DNA of 63,331 bases, counting the filler. It is 4 parts of 4 records of this genome, joined end to end, with 100 filler letters (N's around TTAATTAATTAA, not from the genome) between each part and the next. Parts side by side here need not be neighbours in the genome. Positions count along the whole stretch, not along the records: positions 58,283 to 63,331 come from SRR20825019_2425; 3 more parts are not named here. The stretch is one strand, 5' to 3'. This document shows, in pieces, positions 58,183 through 63,331 of the stretch (within the stretch, counting starts at the first letter, position 1; every line of letters starts with the position of its first letter). The position numbers and the translations under genes are program-made. Below the pieces are notes generated by a model, which saw only the letters and a list, made by a program, of their open reading frames with translations, was not told where the DNA came from and searched no databases.

Positions 58183-58282
58183 NNNNNNNNNNNNNNNNNN
58201 NNNNNNNNNNNNNNNNNNNNNNNNNNTTAATTAATTAANNNNNNNNNNNNNNNNNNNNNNNNNNNNNNNNNNNNNNNNNNNN
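58183..58282. other. Artificial contig linker
   Basis: 44 N + TTAATTAATTAA + 44 N; eukaryotic to bacterial transition. Confidence 0.97.
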
Positions 58283-59740
58283 GGGGCATTTGCCTTTTTG
58301 GTCGCCCTGACGGACGTTCGGGCCAAGGCGGCATTGGTATTTTGTTTCATGATCCCGATGATGATCCCACCACAGATCACCGCCCTGAGTTGGGTGCAAC
58401 TGACCGGGCCAAGCAGCGCGCTTTTAAATGCGTTCGGGATGGCACCGGCCATGGGATCGCCCCAGCCATTATATTCTGCCGAAGGCATCGCCTTGCTGTT
58501 GGGTATTCAGCATGCATCGATTGTTTTTCTGACATTGCGGGCGAATCTGCGCATGCTACCCCGTGAACAGATCGAAGCTGCGCGTCTGGCAGGGGCACGC
58601 GGCGGGCGTTTGTGGTGGCAAATCATTTTACCGCTGACCAGTCCGGGATTGATTGCCGGAACGGCGATGGCTTTTGTTACCGCCCTTGGTAATTTCGGCA
58701 TTCCGGCCATGCTGGGCATTCCGGCCAATTATCCGACCTTGCCAACCTTGATCTATCAAAAGCTTGCCGGTTTTGGCCCATCGGTTCTGGGCGAGGTTTC
58801 TGTTCTTGCCATGCTGATCGGGGCGATTGCGATTTGCGGTGTCGCCCTGCATCACCGATTACTGTCCAAACGCGATTACCGCTTGATGGGGATGGTTGGT
58901 CGCCCGCTTGATATTCGATTGGGTGCGCGACGGAACTTGGTTGAAACCGTTCTATGGACGGTACTTGTCGCCATTCTGGTCGTGCCCTTGATGGCGCTGA
59001 TTGCAACCTCGCTGGTTCCGGCCTTTGGCGTGAAACTGAATTTCAGCAATTATAGTTTCGATGCCTTCCGCGAAATCCTGTTCGTGCAGCCTTCAACCAT
59101 CCGGGCCTTTCAAAACAGCTTTGTCTTGTCAGTCGGGGCGGCGGTGACTTTGGTTCTGGTCTGCTTGCCGCTGGCCTATGTGATGGTCAGGCGCCCATCG
59201 AACCTGACCAAGCTGATCAATCTTCTGGTCGAAGTGCCCTATGCGCTGCCCGGTGTGGTTTTGGCGATTGCCTGCATCTTGTTGTTCATCCGCATTCCGC
59301 TACTTGATGTCAGTCTGTATGGAACCCTTGGCATTATCTTTATCGCGTATCTCGCACGGTTCTTGGTGATTGCCCTGCGTCCGGTCATGAACAGTTTTAG
59401 CCAGCTTGACCCCGCCCTTGAAGAAGCCGCCCAGGCCTGCGGGGCAGGGTTATTGCGCCGGTTGCGCGATATTCTGTTGCCATTGGCGGCACCGTCGGCC
59501 GCCGCCGGGGCGTTACTGGTTTTCCTAACCGCGTTCAATGAATTGACCGTATCGGCCCTTTTATGGTCGTCGGGCACCGAGACATTGGGCGTTTTGATTT
59601 TCAATCTTGATGACAGTGGCGACACCGTTCTGGCCTCGGCCGTGGCGGTCGTGGTCGTGCTGGTGGTGATCGCGTTGATGAGCTGTTTTCAGCTGGCTGC
59701 GCGTCGTTTGCCCAAGGGAGTTGTGCCATGGCAGACATAA
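58283..59740 (+). CDS. ABC transporter permease, FbpB/ThiP-type with two TM modules, 5'-truncated
   Basis: Two EAA loops (IEAARLAGA, LEEAAQACGA); NFGIPAMLG. Confidence 0.88.
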   Translation, partial: GAFAFLVALTDVRAKAALVFCFMIPMMIPPQITALSWVQLTGPSSALLNAFGMAPAMGSPQPLYSAEGIALLLGIQHASIVFLTLRANLRMLPREQIEAARLAGARGGRLWWQIILPLTSPGLIAGTAMAFVTALGNFGIPAMLGIPANYPTLPTLIYQKLAGFGPSVLGEVSVLAMLIGAIAICGVALHHRLLSKRDYRLMGMVGRPLDIRLGARRNLVETVLWTVLVAILVVPLMALIATSLVPAFGVKLNFSNYSFDAFREILFVQPSTIRAFQNSFVLSVGAAVTLVLVCLPLAYVMVRRPSNLTKLINLLVEVPYALPGVVLAIACILLFIRIPLLDVSLYGTLGIIFIAYLARFLVIALRPVMNSFSQLDPALEEAAQACGAGLLRRLRDILLPLAAPSAAAGALLVFLTAFNELTVSALLWSSGTETLGVLIFNLDDSGDTVLASAVAVVVVLVVIALMSCFQLAARRLPKGVVPWQT

Positions 59741-60810
59741 ATCTTTCGCGCATTACCAAATGCTTTGGCGATTATCGTGCGGTCAATCAGGTATCCCTTG
59801 ATATTGCCGATGGTGAATTTGTTGCCCTGTTGGGGCCGTCAGGATGTGGCAAAACCACATTGCTGCGCCTTCTGGCCGGGTTTGAAGAACCCGATAGCGG
59901 GCAAATTTCACTGGGCGGGCAGGTGGTTGCAAGCCCGCAAGACGGCATCATGATCAGCCCCGAAGACCGTAATTTGGGGATTGTCTTTCAATCTTATGCC
60001 CTGTGGCCGCACATGTCGGTTGCCCGCAATGTCGGCTATCCGCTTGAAGTACGCGGCATTGGCCGGGCCGAACGCGACCGCCGCATTGCCGAGGCGCTCA
60101 GTATCGTTGCCCTTGAACCCTATGCCGATCGCAATCCGTCGGAACTGTCCGGCGGGCAGCGTCAACGTGTGGCACTGGCACGCTGTCTGGTGATGGAACC
60201 GCGTGCGGTGTTGCTTGATGAACCATTGGCCAATCTGGATGTGCATCTGCGTGAAACCATGCAACAGGCATTTCTTGATTTCCATCGCCGTACCGGCGCG
60301 ACAATGATTTACGTCACCCATGATCAATCCGAAGCCATGGCGATGGCGGACCGGATTGCCGTAATGGATAAGGGCCACATTCGCCAGATGGCCGCCCCCG
60401 AAACCCTGTACCGCGAACCTGCCGACTTGATGGTGGCCGGGTTTGTCGGGGCGGGTGCGGTGTTGCCGGTGCGTGACGTCGCGCTTCAAACTGGCGGGAC
60501 ATGTTCGGTGCGCTTGGGCGAAGCCGAAATTGCCGCACGGATTTGCCCGAAACTGGCCGGCGGGCACATTAACGGGCAGGCGGGATTATGCCTGCGCCCT
60601 GAAGATGTCTGGGTCGAAGATGGCGCGCCGTTGCGCGGACTGGTCGAAGATTGCGTTTATCTTGGCGGACGGTTCCGTTTGTCCGTCCGGGTCGATGACC
60701 ATCAAACACTTCCGGTATATGCCACCCGTCGTGCCCGCATTGGCGAGCAGGTCGGCCTGAAGGTTTCCGATGGTTGGGTCTTTGACCGACTGCAAGGTGA
60801 GGCCGCCTGA
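59728..60810 (+). CDS. ABC transporter ATP-binding protein (FbpC/PotA class)
   Basis: GPSGCGKTT, FQSYALWPHM, LSGGQRQR, LLDEP, YVTHDQ; TOBE-like tail. Confidence 0.92.
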   Translation: MADINLSRITKCFGDYRAVNQVSLDIADGEFVALLGPSGCGKTTLLRLLAGFEEPDSGQISLGGQVVASPQDGIMISPEDRNLGIVFQSYALWPHMSVARNVGYPLEVRGIGRAERDRRIAEALSIVALEPYADRNPSELSGGQRQRVALARCLVMEPRAVLLDEPLANLDVHLRETMQQAFLDFHRRTGATMIYVTHDQSEAMAMADRIAVMDKGHIRQMAAPETLYREPADLMVAGFVGAGAVLPVRDVALQTGGTCSVRLGEAEIAARICPKLAGGHINGQAGLCLRPEDVWVEDGAPLRGLVEDCVYLGGRFRLSVRVDDHQTLPVYATRRARIGEQVGLKVSDGWVFDRLQGEAA

Positions 60811-61898
60811 TGTCTGCCCGCATGCGTGTTCTTTCTGGCTTGGGTGAAAAAGGCCCGGCTTGTTTACGACTTGAATTTTTTAACCGGCGCTGGCTGCTTG
60901 ATTGCGGCGTTGGCCCGGAAAGCGATCAGGGGTTTGACCCGGCGTGGCTGAACAAAGTTAACGCTGTTTTCATTACCCACGATCATATCGATCATATCGG
61001 GGCGGCTGATGAAATTGTTGCCGCCGGTCTTCCGATTTATTGTACCGAAGTCACCGCGAAATCATTGCCCAAGGGGGCAAAGGTGATCCCGTTGCCGCCC
61101 GTGGGGGAAATTCAGGTGGATGGTGTGACGGTGACAACCGGGCGCACTGGGCATTCATTTGGCGGGGTGTGGTTGCATTTCGAACTGGGCGGTGGGGTTC
61201 TGTATTCCGGTGATTTCTGTCAGGAATCTGATTATTTCCTTTATGACGCGCCGCCAGATGCGGCGACGGTTCTGCTTGATGCGTCCTATGGGATGGAACA
61301 ACTGACCCAACAGGTCCGCATCGATAGTCTTTTGACCACCATGACCAAACTTGAAGGCCAAATCCTGTTTCCTGTGCCGCCAAGTGGACGGGCGGCTGAA
61401 ATGGCGTTGTTGTTTGAACGTCATGGCCTGACCGATTGGTCGATGGATGATCGGTGCTATGGCCAGGTCAAACAGGTGCTTGATGCCCATGGTTCTGATT
61501 ATGTCGATGGTGATGCAATCCGGCGTTTGCGCAACCTGAAAGACAAGGCAAAGCATTTTAACCCGAAGGCCCGGCTTTTGCTGTGCCATGCGCCGTGCGC
61601 AACTTTTGGCAAGGCGCGTGAATTGATTGATCTTTGGCGTGATGCCGGGCGTATGGGATCAAGTGCACATGTGATTTTTACCGGCTTTATGCCGCTCGAA
61701 GCCCGGAAAATGGTTGAAAAAGGCCATGCGCATTTCAGGCGTTGGAATGTGCATCCATTGGCAAATCATGTGATTAAACTGGCCAATGATTGCCATGCGA
61801 TGCAGGTGGTGCCGCTTTTTAACAGTCGACCAGAGGATTTTGGTCTTGTCGATGGGTTTGATGGGCGGTTACAGCTCGCCGATCGGTTCTATTTGTAG
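60810..61898 (+). CDS. MBL-fold metallo-hydrolase, beta-CASP-like
   Basis: LLDCG, THDHIDHIG, GHSFGG, YSGD, DASYG, SGRAAE, FTG, WNVHP; 1-bp overlap with ATPase stop. Confidence 0.8.
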   Translation: MSARMRVLSGLGEKGPACLRLEFFNRRWLLDCGVGPESDQGFDPAWLNKVNAVFITHDHIDHIGAADEIVAAGLPIYCTEVTAKSLPKGAKVIPLPPVGEIQVDGVTVTTGRTGHSFGGVWLHFELGGGVLYSGDFCQESDYFLYDAPPDAATVLLDASYGMEQLTQQVRIDSLLTTMTKLEGQILFPVPPSGRAAEMALLFERHGLTDWSMDDRCYGQVKQVLDAHGSDYVDGDAIRRLRNLKDKAKHFNPKARLLLCHAPCATFGKARELIDLWRDAGRMGSSAHVIFTGFMPLEARKMVEKGHAHFRRWNVHPLANHVIKLANDCHAMQVVPLFNSRPEDFGLVDGFDGRLQLADRFYL

Positions 61899-61935
61899 TG
61901 CGTGTTCTTTTTCCAAAAAACGGTGATGCCCGGTC

Positions 61936-62526
61936 ATGATTTATGCCCCTGAGAAGTTCGAATTTCCCAAGGTGCCCTTTGTTTTCATTCGGCACGGCGA
62001 AACCGGTGCCAACCGGGCTGGCATCATTGCCGGTTCCAGCGAGCCACCCCTGAATGAAACAGGGCGCGCGCAGGCAAGTGCAATTGCCCCCTTGATGGCG
62101 CAGGGCACTTGGCAGTCGGTCTATGTCAGCCCGCAGGACCGTGCGCGCAAAACGGCACAATTAGCATTGCCCGATTATACCGCCCACGTTTTAGACGGAT
62201 TGCGCGAACGCCATTGGGGCGATCTTGAAGGACGCCCGGTTGGCGAACTTTGCCCGCGGTTTGAAACTCCGCCAAACGGCGAAGGGTTCGATGCCATGTG
62301 TCAAAGGGTTTCCTTTGCCATGCAACAGGCCCTGGCCGAAGTCAGTGATGAACTGACCGTGATTGTCGCCCATTCCGGTGTGGCGCGCTGCATCCAGTAT
62401 ATGACCGGGTTTGAGGCCGACGGCCCGCGTGTGCCAAACGCCACCCCGATCCTGTTCCGCCCGACACAGACCGGGTGGGAATATGACTATTTGACCGAAA
62501 CAATGATCAAGGAGATCTCCGCGTGA
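61936..62526 (+). CDS. Histidine phosphatase family protein (PhoE/CobC-like)
   Basis: IRHGET, PLNETG, SPQDRARKTA, LRERHWGDLEG, VAHSG. Confidence 0.88.
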   Translation: MIYAPEKFEFPKVPFVFIRHGETGANRAGIIAGSSEPPLNETGRAQASAIAPLMAQGTWQSVYVSPQDRARKTAQLALPDYTAHVLDGLRERHWGDLEGRPVGELCPRFETPPNGEGFDAMCQRVSFAMQQALAEVSDELTVIVAHSGVARCIQYMTGFEADGPRVPNATPILFRPTQTGWEYDYLTETMIKEISA

Positions 62527-63023
62527 CCAAGCCCGAAGCCGATGCGCAAAGCACCCCTCAAACCGCGCAAGATATGCGCGATGCGGTGGTGTTTGATATG
62601 GATGGAACACTTGCGCATTTCGACGCCGATGCTTTGGGGCATCTGGTTCATGGTGTGGAAAAACAATGGGATGCGTTTTTTGACGCCATGGATCTGGCCA
62701 AACCGATTGAAAATATCCAACGGCTCTTGCGCATCCTCCACGCATCGGGTCATGCGATTGTAATTTGTTCTGGCCGTCCTGCCGGTTGGCAACATCGCTC
62801 CGAAGCATGGCTGCGCGCCCATGATATCCCGTTTGACGGCATGTATCTGCGCCCCGAAGATGCCGATCATCGCACCGACGAAGAAGTCAAAGAAGACCTT
62901 TTGGCGCAAATCAGATCCGACGGGTTTAACCCCTGGCTTGTGGTTGATGACCGCAGACGGGTTGTCGATAAATGGCGCGACATGGGACTGACCTGTTTGC
63001 AATGTGCGCCGGGTGACTTTTAG
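62523..63023 (+). CDS. HAD phosphatase resembling the 3'-phosphatase domain of T4-type polynucleotide kinase
   Basis: FDMDGTLA, CSGRP, LRPEDADHRTDEEVK, VVDDRRRVVDKWRDMGLTCLQCAPGDF; GTGA overlap, AAGGAG RBS. Confidence 0.8.
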   Translation: MTKPEADAQSTPQTAQDMRDAVVFDMDGTLAHFDADALGHLVHGVEKQWDAFFDAMDLAKPIENIQRLLRILHASGHAIVICSGRPAGWQHRSEAWLRAHDIPFDGMYLRPEDADHRTDEEVKEDLLAQIRSDGFNPWLVVDDRRRVVDKWRDMGLTCLQCAPGDF

Positions 63024-63172
63024 GTGTGATTTCTAGGCGTGATTTTCAGGCGTGATTTTTGGGATGATGTTCAAGCGTGATTTCCATGGTGTAATTTCCA
63101 CGGTGTAATTTCGACGCTGTAATTTCCACGGTGGAGTTTCCACAGTGTAATTTCTAAAGCGTGATTTTCTAA
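63011..63172 (+). repeat. Degenerate tandem array, 12 units of 12-14 bp, consensus GYGTRATTTY(N3-4)
   Basis: Units read directly, e.g. GTGTGATTTCTAG, GCGTGATTTTCAG, GTGTAATTTCCACG, GTGTAATTTCGACG, CTGTAATTTCCACG. Confidence 0.85.
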
Positions 63173-63198
63173 TCCTCATACAAATAAAAACACGCACA

Positions 63199-63235
63199 AA
63201 AAGACCGGCGATGAAATCTCATGTGCCGGTCTTTT
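63199..63235. terminator. Rho-independent, probably bidirectional terminator
   Basis: AAAAGACCGGC / GCCGGTCTTTT stem with inner ATGA/TCAT pairing. Confidence 0.75.
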
Positions 63236-63331
63236 GATTATTCACTTAAATTGAATAATCCCGTTTATTATTCAAAAAACTTTGTATATTCACCGTATCC
63301 CTCTGCCTCAAGATTCGTGACCGGGATAAAG

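Noticed and set aside
63011..63172. Repeat array as a CRISPR
   Set aside because: Units are only 12-14 bp and contiguous, with no unique spacers and no cas genes

Overview
The window is not one genome. It is four contigs joined by identical 100-nt linkers (44 N + TTAATTAATTAA + 44 N) at 17694-17793, 32929-33028 and 58183-58282. Contig A (1-17693) is a high-GC alphaproteobacterium carrying a TRAP permease, a PcaB/adenylosuccinate-lyase-like gene, eda-kdgK, PiT, an RND pair, an M20 amidohydrolase, an ICL/PEP-mutase-family gene behind a perfect alphaproteobacterial SOS box, and the conserved ymdB-ygfA-6S RNA-zapA / tkt-gap locus. Contig B (17794-32928) has similar composition. It carries a two-domain metallophosphoesterase divergent from a tctCBA-gntR unit, and a nucleoside ABC-pnp-deoCAB-DUF2937-UDG operon. 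Contig C (33029-58182) is eukaryotic (a protist): eight genes with ~45-60-nt GT-AG introns in strictly alternating orientation, with CCGG/GGCC-rich islands at most divergent gene heads. Contig D (58283-63331) is a moderate-GC alphaproteobacterium. It carries an operon coupling an Fe3+/PotA-class ABC importer to three unrelated phosphoester-hydrolase folds (beta-CASP-like MBL, histidine phosphatase, phage-PNKP-like HAD), followed by a 12-unit 12-14-bp tandem array and a terminator. The best candidates for uncharacterised systems are the contig D operon with its array and the contig B phosphoesterase/TTT locus. All calls come from motif recognition by eye, with no database searches. Eukaryotic gene boundaries are hand-spliced estimates.
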